From: Saprolegnia diclina VS20 | Lineage: Eukaryota | Direction of reading: 5' to 3' | DNA length: 64,000 nucleotides | Assembly: GCF_000281045.1 (NCBI RefSeq) | Contig: NW_008246071.1 | Coordinates: forward strand, 433,912 to 497,911 | Shown: piece after piece, positions 34,719 through 46,000 of the stretch | Position numbering within the stretch: the first letter of the stretch is position 1 | Layout of the letters: every line of letters starts with the position of its first letter | Position numbers and translations under genes: made by a program | The notes under the pieces: model-generated | Told to the model about the DNA's origin: nothing | What the model saw: the letters and a program-made list of their open reading frames with translations, nothing else | Database searches by the model: none

Positions 34719-35647
34719 TTAGGCGAACGAGTCGAGGAGGCAGTTGGCGGCCGCGCTCTCATTCTGGTCGCAGGCCATGTACGCAGCGAGGGCGTCTTCG
34801 CGGCTGAACCCGAGCGACTGCAGCTAATACGCGGTGAGAGCGAGGACTGGTTCGCAACAACACACACCCGCATAAGGACAGCCTCCAGTGCGTCGCTTGA
34901 CTCAGACCTCGTCGCTACGAAGACGTCGTCGTCGGTAGCACTGTCCTTGGACTCTTCGACGTCCGACTCGTCGGTGAGGACGACCGTGTCGTTGTTGTCT
35001 GCGGCGAGCGTCTTTTCGATGGCGTCTTGCATGACATCGAGCGAGAGCGTCGCGAGGGCGTCGAGCGAGCAGCTCTGGATTGCTTCCCGGAGCAAGTACG
35101 GTTGACGCATGGCCACCGACGCGAGTCGTGTCGCCGTGTCGTCCTCGAGAGTTGGCGGCGGTAGTATCTGCTCGGTCAAGTAGGCGATCGCGGCCTCGAC
35201 GCTGTTGTGACAAAGACTTAGCGCGTGCTTGGCCTTTCCCACTGGAAACCCCATCGCCACGAGCTGTGCAATGCCATGGTCGTTCTGCGCCTTGGGGCTC
35301 ATGGCACGCGTGACCGGCGGCGGCGTCGGAAAGTCAAGCGCGCAGACCACAACGCGCGCATCCAGGAGCGCAGCACCAATTGAGTCGGCGTCCGAGAGCA
35401 TGCGCCCTGCCGCTGTCAGCAGCTGGACATCGGGCGGGAAGCCTACGTCGACTTGGAGCGCCTTGGCGAGCTCGATCGCAATCGCTTCCTTGAGCTGCAG
35501 CACCGAGTCGCCAAGCGCCACGCGCAACGAGAAGCGCTCATGGACGTCCATGTCGTGCGTCTGCTTGAGCGACCTCTTCTTCGATGGCGTTGGCTTCGTC
35601 ACGGCTGTTGGCGGGAGGCGTCCGAGCACAATCACAGCGACGTCCAT
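34719..35647 (-). CDS. RAD23-like UBL-UBA-UBA ubiquitin shuttle protein; 2 exons
   Basis: UBL-like DSVLQLKEAIA...LLTAAGRMLSD; UBA IAQLVAMGFPVGKAKHAL...NSVEAAIAYL; C-terminal UBA LQSLGFSREDALAAYMACDQNESAAANCLL. Confidence 0.75.
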
Positions 35648-35760
35648 CGCGCCCCACCAAATTTGAAGTTCGCGTATCCGGCGATACTGGCCGTATCCGG
35701 AAGATACACTTTGCTGTTTAGCAAGTCGGATACGAATTCTTATTCTTATTCTGGGGCCAC

Positions 35761-38700
35761 TTATGCCCGCTTGGCCTTCTTGGGCTGCACGAGGCGGGCC
35801 TTGCCCTTGCCCTTGCCGACGAACGTAGGCACGGGGCTGCTTGGCGACTCGTACGCGTCGTCGCTCGAGTCGGACGAGAGGTCGGAAAAGTCGAGTGTCT
35901 GCGCCGTGGCGCCCTACGCCGCGCCAGCGATATGAGTGCCATTGACACGGCGGCTTGCTACCTCGCGCGGTGCAGCTTGCTTGACGTATGGCGATTCGAC
36001 CGAGACGTTCCACTGCTGTACAGGCCGCGGTAGCGTCTTGGGCACTTCGATGTCGTCGTCGTTGTCGTCGTTGTCGTCGTCGCTCTCGCTCTTGTGGCCG
36101 GGCTTGGGCGAGAGGAAGAGAGTCTTGGAGAGGTTGTCACTCAAACCCGCATCGCCTACACCGTCCATCACATCCGATACTAGTACGCAGGAGCAACGCA
36201 TCGTACCCGTGTCGGTGTCTCTTCTCTTGTCGTGCTCCCGCTGGATGCGCGTGAGCGGCGTCATCATCACCGCCTTCTTTGTGCTCAGGCCACCGAGCGA
36301 CGCGCGCTGGGACGCAAAGGACGTGGCTGGGGGCGGCGCGGGCCGGCGCGTCGTCTGCTCAAACTGCCGCAGGTCGTAGAGCACTTCCTTGGCCAGCTGC
36401 GGGTCGGCGGCGAGGATGTCCTGGACCTCGGTCTTGTAGAACGCAAAGAGCTCCTTGATGCAGTGCATGAGGTAGCGCATGACCGGGCTCCGCTTCGCCT
36501 GCAGCGTGTGCTTGAGGCCAATCACGACGGGCACGACGTTCTCAATGAAATTCTTGCGCGACATTTTGGAGAGAAGCGACCGCTTTGCGTCCTGGAGCGT
36601 CGACGCCGGCGTGTCACCGGCTTCGAGGAGCTCTTCGTCCCGGTCTTTTGGCGCCGACAAGCGAATCTCGGGGCTGCTCAAGAGAATCAACGCATCCTGC
36701 AGTACGGCCTCGATCGAGTTTTCCGTGATCGTCGTCGGATCCGACGCCAACGGGAGCGTGCCGTCGACGACATCGTCGAGGACTTCGGTCACGAGCTTCA
36801 TCGAAACTTGCAGCTTTTGCTCGTCGCGCATGTGCTCAAGGAGGAAGCGGTAGATGACGAGGCGCTTGGGGAAGTGGACGTTGCCCGACAAGCTCAGGTT
36901 CTGGAGCATTGGCGTCGAGATGACACCCGTGAGCGCCGGCGTCGGGACGTTGTTGAAGACAAAGACGGCTTCGACAAACTTCATGGTGAAGAGCGACGGC
37001 GTCTTGAGGAGGAGCGGGCCGGACAGAATGTGCTGCGCGAGCGACGCCATCTCTTCGTTCGGATCGACGAGCGCGCGTAAAAAGTAGTGCAAAAGCGACT
37101 CCTTCCACTTGACATAGTCTTGCAGCAAGAGCTGCGAAAAGAGCAGCAGCGTGTTGCGCCGCACCGCGAGGCTCCGGTCCAGCAGCGACGACGCGATCGT
37201 CGGCACGTACACGTCGACGACCGACGTCCATCGAATGCAGAGGTCGCCGAGCACGAGGAGGATGTTGGACCGAATCGCTTCGAGTGGCGACGTCTGGAGC
37301 TCGCGCATAAACATCGTAATGCTCTCTTTCGCAAACGCCTACGTATGCATTTGCCTCGCACGCCGTAATCGAGGAAGGGCTACCTCGTCGGCCAAACACG
37401 CCTTCCCGACAGCGACAAACGCCAGCGCGCGGATCGACGCCGGGGTCTCCCGTGCGTCGGCGGCGACGCGCGGGAGAAGGTACCGCTGGAGCCGCGCCAC
37501 AAGGCTACGCGGCAGCGCGGTGGACGCACGGTCGTCGACGTCGAGCAGAATAAGGTCGCCCATCGTCTGGAGCGCGCGCTCGACGGTCGGCCACGACGGT
37601 ACGTCCGCATCGAGGACGGCCCCGCACGCGTCAAAGAGCGGCGACCGCCACGCCCGCTTTGTGGTCGGCCCATATATTCCGTGCAGGCCCTGGAGGGCCA
37701 CCGGAATCAGGTTCAACGGGTGCGCAAAGCCTTGCAGCGCATCGCAGAGACCCGTCGCGAGCTAGTGCACGCGTGTCAAATCAAGGGTGTTACGCAGAGA
37801 AAAGACCTCGGTGGCTTGGGCCGCTGGCAACTTTTCGGCCAGCGCGCAGAGCACGCGAAGAATCCGCAGCACGTTGTCGTCGTCCACGTCGTTGTGGAGA
37901 TCGCGTGGCGTCGGCGTACGGGCAGCCCAGCAACTTGCCACGACCTTGGCGTCGGCGGCGCTCACGTCATCGAGCACGTCACTGCGACACGCGAGCTCGT
38001 CGAGAAGCACCCAGCTCACGGTCCACTTGTTGTCGTCGCGACTGCGGACGCCGTCAATCGCATGTCGCACGAGCTTGGCGGCCGACACGTCGCCTTTTTG
38101 GACGAGAAGGCGCACGGCCTTTTGAAGAAATCGAATGAGAAAGCTGTCGAGGTGCGCGAGCTGGTCGTAAACGGCGGCGACAAACGTATCCGTGGCGTGC
38201 TTCTTGGGCCACTGCAGCAGTCTACGTGCCATCATTGCCGAGACGACATTCGAGGTAGAAGCGTACCGCTCGAGCAAGATCTTATCCACCAAACCAAGAC
38301 AACTCGTCTACACAAAACACAACACCTTGAGATATCTCGCAAGTCGCAATGGCGTACCTGGACGGTGGTCTCGGGGTCGAGGACGAGTGGGAGCACGCCC
38401 AGGTTCCACGTCACTTGAATGTCCTTGTCGGTCGGCGACGCGGTGAGGAGCGTCGTCAGCGTCAGCATGGCTTGCTTGCGTACAATGATGGACGGGTCGG
38501 CGCAGCGTCCGTGGATGTCGCCGAGGACGTCCGGATCTTTCTGCCGCAGCAAGAGCACCTCGAGCACTTGGAGCGACGCGCGCCGGACGTACGTCTTGTC
38601 ATCAAAGAGGCGATCGCGGCACAGCGCGAGCAGCTGTGCGTGGACAGTGGCGGACCGGAGCGAGGTCGGACACACGATGGCCGACGACGTGAGCGCGGCT

Positions 38701-40231
38701 GCGAGCACCGACGCAAACTGCTCGTGCGTCGCTGTCGCGGCGCGGCCTGTGCCAAACGACAGAAGCGCCGCGATGCCCGCAATCGCCTTGGTGCGCACGG
38801 TTGAGACCCGGTCACACGCGCGGTGGCCCAGAATGCGAAGCAGCGGCACGAGACCGAGAAAGCTGTCGTTGTCGCCGTCTGCCGCGCCAAAGAGCGCCGG
38901 CTCCAGCACGAGATCAGCGAGCAATTCGACGGCGAATTGCCGATACTTGACCTTTTCATGGCGCGCGTAGCTGTCGAGGAACGTCAAGAAGAGCGAGAGC
39001 GACGTCGGCCGGTGTAGGATGTGGTGCGACAGCAGCAGCTGAAGACCCGCGCAAACCTTCTTGCGGTCGTCGCTCTTGTCCGGGATGCGCAAGCAGAGCT
39101 GCTGGAGCACACACAGCGCGAGCTCTACTCTCAAATCAGACGTCTATATAGCGCTGCCCACTTACCGTCCGGAACCGTCTCGTCGTCGTCGTCAGTGGGG
39201 TCATTGTCACCGTCGTTGGCAGGCATGACGCGGAGGATCTCGTCGATCGCGTCGAGTGCCCATGCATGGAACACGTGGGCGTGGCGGAGCTTGTCCCACG
39301 GGCCCGTTGGCAGCGCGTTGTCGCGCAAGGCGACGCCCGGAATGAGCCGGCCGAGCACCAAGTGCACGGCGTCCGGCGATTGGTGCAGACAGATTGTCTG
39401 AAGAATCTGGCGGGGCAACTCGGTCGGGGCGGCTTGCAGGAGCATAAAGTTGACGACCGAGAGGAGCGCGTCGATCGTAGGCGTTAGCGCGTCGTGCTGC
39501 AACGCCACGTGCGTCGTCGTGGCTTCGAGGGAGTCGAGCACGCGCTGGCCGGACGCAACGAGAGCCGGGGACTGGACCGGCGCGCGACGGGTCTGGTGCT
39601 GCTTGCGCTTGAGCTGCCGTGGCATGTTGGGGTCGGCGACATCGCTGTCGGGCGAGTACATGAGCGTCGCCCATGTGTGCAAAAGGCGCAGCACTTCACG
39701 GTACAGGAACGGGATGAAGACGCCAAAGGCCGAGCCGCCCGGGATTTGCAGCCACACGAGGTACACGTGGGCCGCCATGAGACCGATCTCCATAGCTTCC
39801 ATCGTGGCGACGATGCCTGCCGCTGCCTTGTCCATACCGAGCGCATGTGCAATGATCAGGTGCAGCGCGACGAGGAGGTGACGGTGGCTGCCGCCCGACG
39901 CCACTTCGTCGTCGTCGTCGTCGTCGCCGGCTTCTCGCTGCTGCAAAATGCTCGTGAGGACGCACTGCCAAAAGTTCTTAGACGTCTCGGGCGTCTCGCG
40001 CGTGGTCTCGAGGACGGCCGTGAAGGCGCCAGCAAGCGCCGAGAGCGCGTCCTTCGACACGTCGCGGAGGTAGTCGTAGCCTTCTTCCGCGTCCGGTGTT
40101 GGAAGACCCTGCATGAGATGGGCGTAGATGTCGACGAGGATCTCTTCCGGGACTTCCCATAGTTCCAGCGCGCTCAAGCTGCGGCTGAGGTCCGTCCAGA
40201 GCGCGGCCCGCGCCGAGGCCCGGGTTGTCAT
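35761..40231 (-). CDS. NCAPD3: Condensin II complex subunit D3 (HEAT repeats); multi-exon
   Basis: DRVSTVRTKAI, DDKTYVRRASLQ, RCADPSIIVRKQAM, IRSNILLVLGDLCIRWTSVVDVYVP, LLQDYVKWK, VPVVIGLKHTL...SPVMRYLM...ADPQLAKEVLYD. Confidence 0.9.
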
Positions 40232-40785
40232 GGCTTTTTATTTTTTTCGAGTCCATCCCATAAAATAATTTTGGGCCCGGTACCATACAAATGAAAGGAG
40301 GTACCGTTCAAAAGGGTAATTCGGCGCCAACGAGCACCACCAGAAGGTCGTCGGTTCAAGCCCCGCCATGGCCGACAACACGGCAAGGAGGCGCTCACAT
40401 GCTGTCACTGCCATAGGGCTGGTGTAAATAAATCTGCACAAAGAGCTACGTTGATTTCTCGCGGGCAAGGACGATGGCGCGGCTGCTGCTCGACGCTCGC
40501 CTCTGCAATTTGGTCCGGCCACAGCCCTGCTCCAGTACTGATGTAGTTTACCAGAAGGCTGTCCGATCCAGCGGCTTGTCACTGCTCTGTCCATGGTCCT
40601 GGAACAACTACTAGTATTAATACCTGTACTTGAGCCAACGGCGCCTTGAAATCCCGTTGGAGGTTTTCGGGAATTTTGCTGCGGCTCGTACAAATCGATC
40701 TTTAAAGATATCTTGAGCTTTGTATGGAAGTGCATTAAAGTAGGCTGGCTTGGGTTTTTCTGCGTGGAAGACCCTGCGATTTGCA

Positions 40786-41769
40786 ATGGCCCTGGCCCCA
40801 ACAACGACGAGCGAGGCGAAGCAGGCTCAAGCGCAGCTCATGGAGGAGGCCGTGGCCGGCGACCCCGGCGCCATGGTCTCGCTGCTGCATGCATTCAGGA
40901 AGGAGCTCGCGACGAGCCAAAAGGCCATTCGCGACCAGCAGCGCCAGCTTGCCGCGCTGCAAAAGGACCACCAAGAGCGCTTCGAGGCGCTCGAAGACTC
41001 GTACCACGACATGCAAGACCTCTTGGACATCCAGATGACGGCGCTCGGGGAGCAGCGCGATCGTTTGAAAGCGCAGACCACTGTGCTCGACGACCTGCTC
41101 GATGTGCAAGACGACGACGCGTTGCACACCCCACGACGCACGCCCGCCCCAGCACCCAGCAAATCACCCAAGAAGCGCGTCGTCGCGGCGCCGGTCGTCA
41201 AGGCCGTTGCGCCCAAGCGCGCCAAGATGGACGTTGCGCCGGTAAAGCAGCAAGGCGAGGAGTCGCCCGAGTGTCGCTGGGACCTGGGCCGCTGCGGCGC
41301 GCTGGCCTCCATCTCGGACGATCTGCGGCTTGTCAAGACGACAGCAAACGGCTGGAACGTTGTTATGGGCAGCACGATGGTGGACGTGTTCAGCGTGCAG
41401 CTCTTTTACCCCAAGACCAAGGCCCACAACACGATTGCGTTGGGCTTTACGACCGAGCCCGATTTCTGGCAACAGCCCACGGCCGAGACGAACGTGTTTA
41501 ACTTTTGCGACGCGGGCTGGTTCCTCAACGTCCGCAAAGGCACGCGCTGCTCCCGCGACGGCCACGACGACTCGCCTTACGCGACAGGCTTGAAGAGCGG
41601 AGACGTGCTCACGGTGGTCTTGGACCGACCACTGCGCACGATTCGCTTCTTGCGCAACGGCAACGCGCTCGGCAAATCGCTCGGTGTGGCTTACGCGGAC
41701 ATTGCCGAGACGGATTTGTACCCGGCGCTCGTGTCGTACGACCGCGGTGTCGGTGTGCAGCTGGTCTAA
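40786..41769 (+). CDS. Coiled-coil + SPRY domain protein (tandem paralogue 1)
   Basis: N-terminal heptads, basic PKKR/KRAK linker, SPRY-like GWFLN...LKSGDVLTVVLD...IRFLRNG..LG...LYPALVSYD. Confidence 0.85.
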   Translation: MALAPTTTSEAKQAQAQLMEEAVAGDPGAMVSLLHAFRKELATSQKAIRDQQRQLAALQKDHQERFEALEDSYHDMQDLLDIQMTALGEQRDRLKAQTTVLDDLLDVQDDDALHTPRRTPAPAPSKSPKKRVVAAPVVKAVAPKRAKMDVAPVKQQGEESPECRWDLGRCGALASISDDLRLVKTTANGWNVVMGSTMVDVFSVQLFYPKTKAHNTIALGFTTEPDFWQQPTAETNVFNFCDAGWFLNVRKGTRCSRDGHDDSPYATGLKSGDVLTVVLDRPLRTIRFLRNGNALGKSLGVAYADIAETDLYPALVSYDRGVGVQLV

Positions 41770-41899
41770 GAGCTTGGCCTTGGTCGCTTGTAGCACACTA
41801 TTTCAGTATTTTACCTTTGCGTTTCATTTGAATAGTGTGAATGTGTAGATAGTGTGCAGGTTGAGTCGGCCGGTATCGGTGGAAACGATCGCGACGAGC

Positions 41900-42988
41900 A
41901 TGTCCCATCCTCCGGTCATCCCGCGCTTCGCCGTGAGCGCGCATCTCCAGCTACCGAAAGAGGAGCTACCGGCAATCGCTCCGTCAAGCAGCGCCGCGCC
42001 GTCGCCCAAGGCCGAGCTGTCGACGATTACAACGCCCGTCGTCGCCGACGCCAGCGCGCCCGACGACGACGACGACACGCTCGAGATGCTCAAGGCCTTG
42101 CGCCAGGACTACGCCACGTCCAAGCTGCACATTCGCGCGCAGAAAAAGAAGCTCGCGGACCTTCAGCGCTCGCAGCAATTGGCGCTCGAGGCCATGACGA
42201 CGCACTTCGCCATGGTCACGCGACAGCTCGATGCACAGCGCGACGAGCTCGACAAGCAGTATTCGCGTATCAGCCAGCGCCAAACCGCCCTCGACGCCCT
42301 CGTCTCCCGGAGGCAGCCAGTGTCGACGAAGCGTGCGTCACCGGCGCCGGTAGTACCGAAGCGCAAGCTCTGTCAACACAAGCGCGTCAAGACGGAGGAC
42401 GCGACGCTCGTGCTACCCGTGCACGAAAGCCCGCACGTGGCCCATACCGACGTGGCATGGGACCTCGGGCGCTGCGGTCCGCTGAGCATGATCCGCAACC
42501 ACCGGCGAACTGTCACGATGACGGAGGCCGGCTGGAACGTCGTCATTGGCGCGTCGGTCGCACGGCGCTTCTCGGTGCTCGTGACGCTCCCCAAGAACAA
42601 GTACCACAACACGGTGGCCATTGGGCTCACGCACGAGCCTGACTTTTGGCAAGACCCAATTGATAACACGGCGCCCGTCTTCTTCTTCAACCACACGGGG
42701 TGGTACCTCAACGTGCGGAGAGGGTCGCTCTGCTCGCGCGACCACGACGACGCGCCGTTCGCGGCCAAGCTCAAGTCCGGCGACGTGGTCACATGCATTT
42801 GGGACGCAGACGCGGGCTCGATCCGGTTCCTCCGCAACGAACTCGATCTCGGCGTCGCGTTCGAGGGCGTCTTTGGCTCGTACGACTGGCAACTCTACCC
42901 CGCCCTTATCTCGTACGACAAGAACGTCGAGGTGACCCTCCTGTACCCGACACACGATGGCACGACGTCGCTCCCATCGGCCTTGTAG
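41900..42988 (+). CDS. Coiled-coil + SPRY domain protein (tandem paralogue 2)
   Basis: Same layout; shares WDLGRCG, GWNVV, HNT.A.G.T.EPDFWQ, LKSGDV, IRFLRN and LYPAL.SYD with 40786-41769. Confidence 0.85.
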   Translation: MSHPPVIPRFAVSAHLQLPKEELPAIAPSSSAAPSPKAELSTITTPVVADASAPDDDDDTLEMLKALRQDYATSKLHIRAQKKKLADLQRSQQLALEAMTTHFAMVTRQLDAQRDELDKQYSRISQRQTALDALVSRRQPVSTKRASPAPVVPKRKLCQHKRVKTEDATLVLPVHESPHVAHTDVAWDLGRCGPLSMIRNHRRTVTMTEAGWNVVIGASVARRFSVLVTLPKNKYHNTVAIGLTHEPDFWQDPIDNTAPVFFFNHTGWYLNVRRGSLCSRDHDDAPFAAKLKSGDVVTCIWDADAGSIRFLRNELDLGVAFEGVFGSYDWQLYPALISYDKNVEVTLLYPTHDGTTSLPSAL

Positions 42989-43039
42989 CACTATCCTTGC
43001 AATCAATATCCATGGCAAAACTGTCTATTGTTGTACGAG

Positions 43040-46000
43040 TTACTCGGGTGCGCGGTGGACGTAGGCCAGCAGCCAAGCCCGGAGGCTGCGAGAGGCGAGG
43101 TTACGAGCGCTGGTCTGCGCCAAGTTATCGTATGCGCGTCGAAGGACGCAGCGATGGCGCCACGCCTGCCAGCACGCACGTAAACGATCGAGGTCCCGCG
43201 GCCGTCGATGGTGCGAGACCATGCGGGCGAAGTGGCGTCGACGTTGTGTGCGCAAGTGCCAGCGACGAACGCCGTGCAAGAGGGCGAGCTGCGAACGCAA
43301 CGTCGCGGCGTGTGCGACGAGCCAGTGACTCATCCAGCGCTCGCAGGCCACGCTGCGCCAGTGGGCAAACCAATGCCGCTGACGGGACTGTCGGTGCAGC
43401 TTGATGGCGCGGGTCGCGCGGTGCCGACGACATTTTCGCTTTTGGCAATAGGTAGCCCACCTAGAGCACTTTGATCAACAGTGTAGAGAGAAGTTGGTAC
43501 CAGCCAAAGATCGTGGCTTGCAGTCGATGCAGCTGCGAGATGGTGAGCGAGCGCAGCTGGCGCTTTCGGAGCGCAAACGTCTTGAGGCGCGCAAACGACC
43601 GCGACACGAGTGAACTAAAGAAGACGTGGCGCGCGGTATAGAGGCGATGACGGAGGTCCACAAGGTAGCCTTGGTGCACTCGCCATTGCTGCCAGCTCTG
43701 GCGCAGGAGCTTCCTCCCAAAGTGGCCCTGCGCGTTGGTGAGCAGCACCCGCGTTGCTTTGACCACGCGCGAGGCGCCGACCCAGCCGAGGAACGCGCGG
43801 CGGTGGGCGTGTTGCAGTGTAAAGACACGCACCCTCGCTGCGTGCACCCGGCGATTGTGGGCGGCGTCAACACCAAGCGCAAGGGCGAGGAGCCCGAGAC
43901 GCTGCTTGGTCGCGACCCAGTGGCACGCAGCCAATTCCGTTGCCTCTCGGTCGCTTCGCCGGATTGCCGTGTAGCGATCCCAGAGCTCAAACGAAGTCCG
44001 CGCACTCTGACTGCATAAATGGCTCCGCACTCGCTCGACAAGACGCACGTGCGCGATACGTCGATCGGTGGTCGCCCGCCACGAGCGGAAATGGTGCCGC
44101 AGCGCCCCCTTGTAGGCGGCGTTGACAGCGGTTTGCTGCAGCAACCTGCTGTCGGACGCCACGTCGGCGTACGCGCACCATCGTGACACGAGGTGCGTCA
44201 GTCGAAGGTGGCGTAGCCGATGCGCACTGCGTCGGTGCGATTGGCGGACCTCGATGGCGCGCCGCCACCGAAGAAAGTGCACAAAGAGCGACGAGGCGCT
44301 GAAGTACGCCCGTGCGTGCCGCAGTTGCCGCGTAAAATGGATAACGTGGCGCCACGACGACCACGCGGCATGCAGTCGCTAGTCGAACCATAGGACACGC
44401 AGCGAGAGATGGGAACGTGTCTACCTGGCGGCTGGCATGCAGATAGGCCATGCGTTCTTGGAGACGGTGTACGTTGTAGCAGCGCCACGCCCGCCACACG
44501 CCGCGCAGGATACCTTTGCGCCGAAACGCGTGCGCGAAAGCGAGCTCTTCGGGCGAGACCATGGACGCTGCGAGAGCAGCAACCCTACCACGCCATCGCC
44601 GTCGCAACGCGATACGCGAAGATAGAACTGGTCGTACCACCGCGCGAGGAGCGACGTGAGGAGCCGCCGAGTGTAGTGCGCTTGCGCGTGCTGCTTTTGA
44701 TAGCACACAAACGAGTACTCGATCCACGCGTCAAAGTGCGTCGACTGCGACGTTCGGGCAAAATGCGACGACGCTATTTCCACCTGGAGAGTCCGCTCCT
44801 TTTGTGCATAGCGATACGCGACCCAAGTGTCCAACACCTGCACGAGACGTCGCTGCCGAAGATGCTCCGCCGCTCGGTCGAGAAGCACGCGGTAGCGCCG
44901 CTGCATTACCGCACGCCGCCGCCACGTGTCAACACCGTGTTCGAGCTTGAGGAGACCGATGGCATCGGCGCGCTCGATCGCCATGGCGTGTTCCACGCGC
45001 TTGAGCGCGGACCGATGAACCCACGACCGGAAACATGCCCCGAGCTGCCGTTGCGAGCGCGACGCTCGAGCCTGCGCTAGCTTGCACCGGACGATATGGG
45101 CGTCTCGGCTGAAGTGCTGCCAGTGGCGCCACGCGACGCGGTAGACGCCTAACCAAGCATCGTCTTGCCGCCACCTGCACAATGCAGAGGTATGGACGTA
45201 CGTGTCGAGGCCATGCGAGCGGCAAGCTCTGCGCACCGTGCCAGCTCGTGCCGCCTTTCACACACACGTCGCCAGTGGCGAACGATGCGGCTGCGCGTCT
45301 GGCGTAAGAAGAGCCACGTGCTCACCGTCGCATTCCGGGTCTTGCGTTGCGTGCGCGCCGTGTACCTAGCCAAAGCGCTTGCTTCACTGAAGCCACGGCG
45401 ACTTCTGCCTACCGCTGCCATGCTTGAAAGCACTTGAGACGACTTTGTAGATGCCATTTTCGCGTCGCAAGGCGGAGAAGGCGAACCCCGGTGGCATACT
45501 GCCGCCATTGGCACCATGAGCTTCGGCGAAGATGGCGACGGCGAAGACCCTGGACGAGCGCCTCGTCATGTAGCTGGGAGCGTTGCTGCACGACACACCA
45601 TTGCCCGAGTACGCGTCGCAGTATCACCTGGCTTCGGTGTGTACTTGCTCTCTACAATGTATTTCGTAGCCGCCTTTTGAAGGACGAACACACCTTGGAC
45701 TGCTCTCGCCCTGCAACCTTTTGGGCTCGGACCTCCGACCAAGCAACGAGAACGCGACGCCGAAGCCTCGCGCGGCGCATCTGAAGACCGTCCCGTAGTC
45801 GCAACTGTCGACGGTAGACGTCGAACCAGCGCACGAAGACGCGGCGACGCAGCTGCTGGCGCGCATGGTCGGCTGCGACGCGCAAGTTCTGCTGCTTGCG
45901 CTGCCGCCATCGGAGGTACGAGACCAAAGCGCGCCAGACACCTCGCTGCGTCGTGTCGACGATGGCGTGGACGGAGCGCCCGAGACGACGCCGAAGCTCG

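Noticed and set aside
40341..40374. tRNA-like 3' half / B-box (AAGGTCGTCGGTTCAAGCCCCGCC)
   Set aside because: The T-stem has a mismatch and there is no matching acceptor stem, D-arm or anticodon arm upstream.
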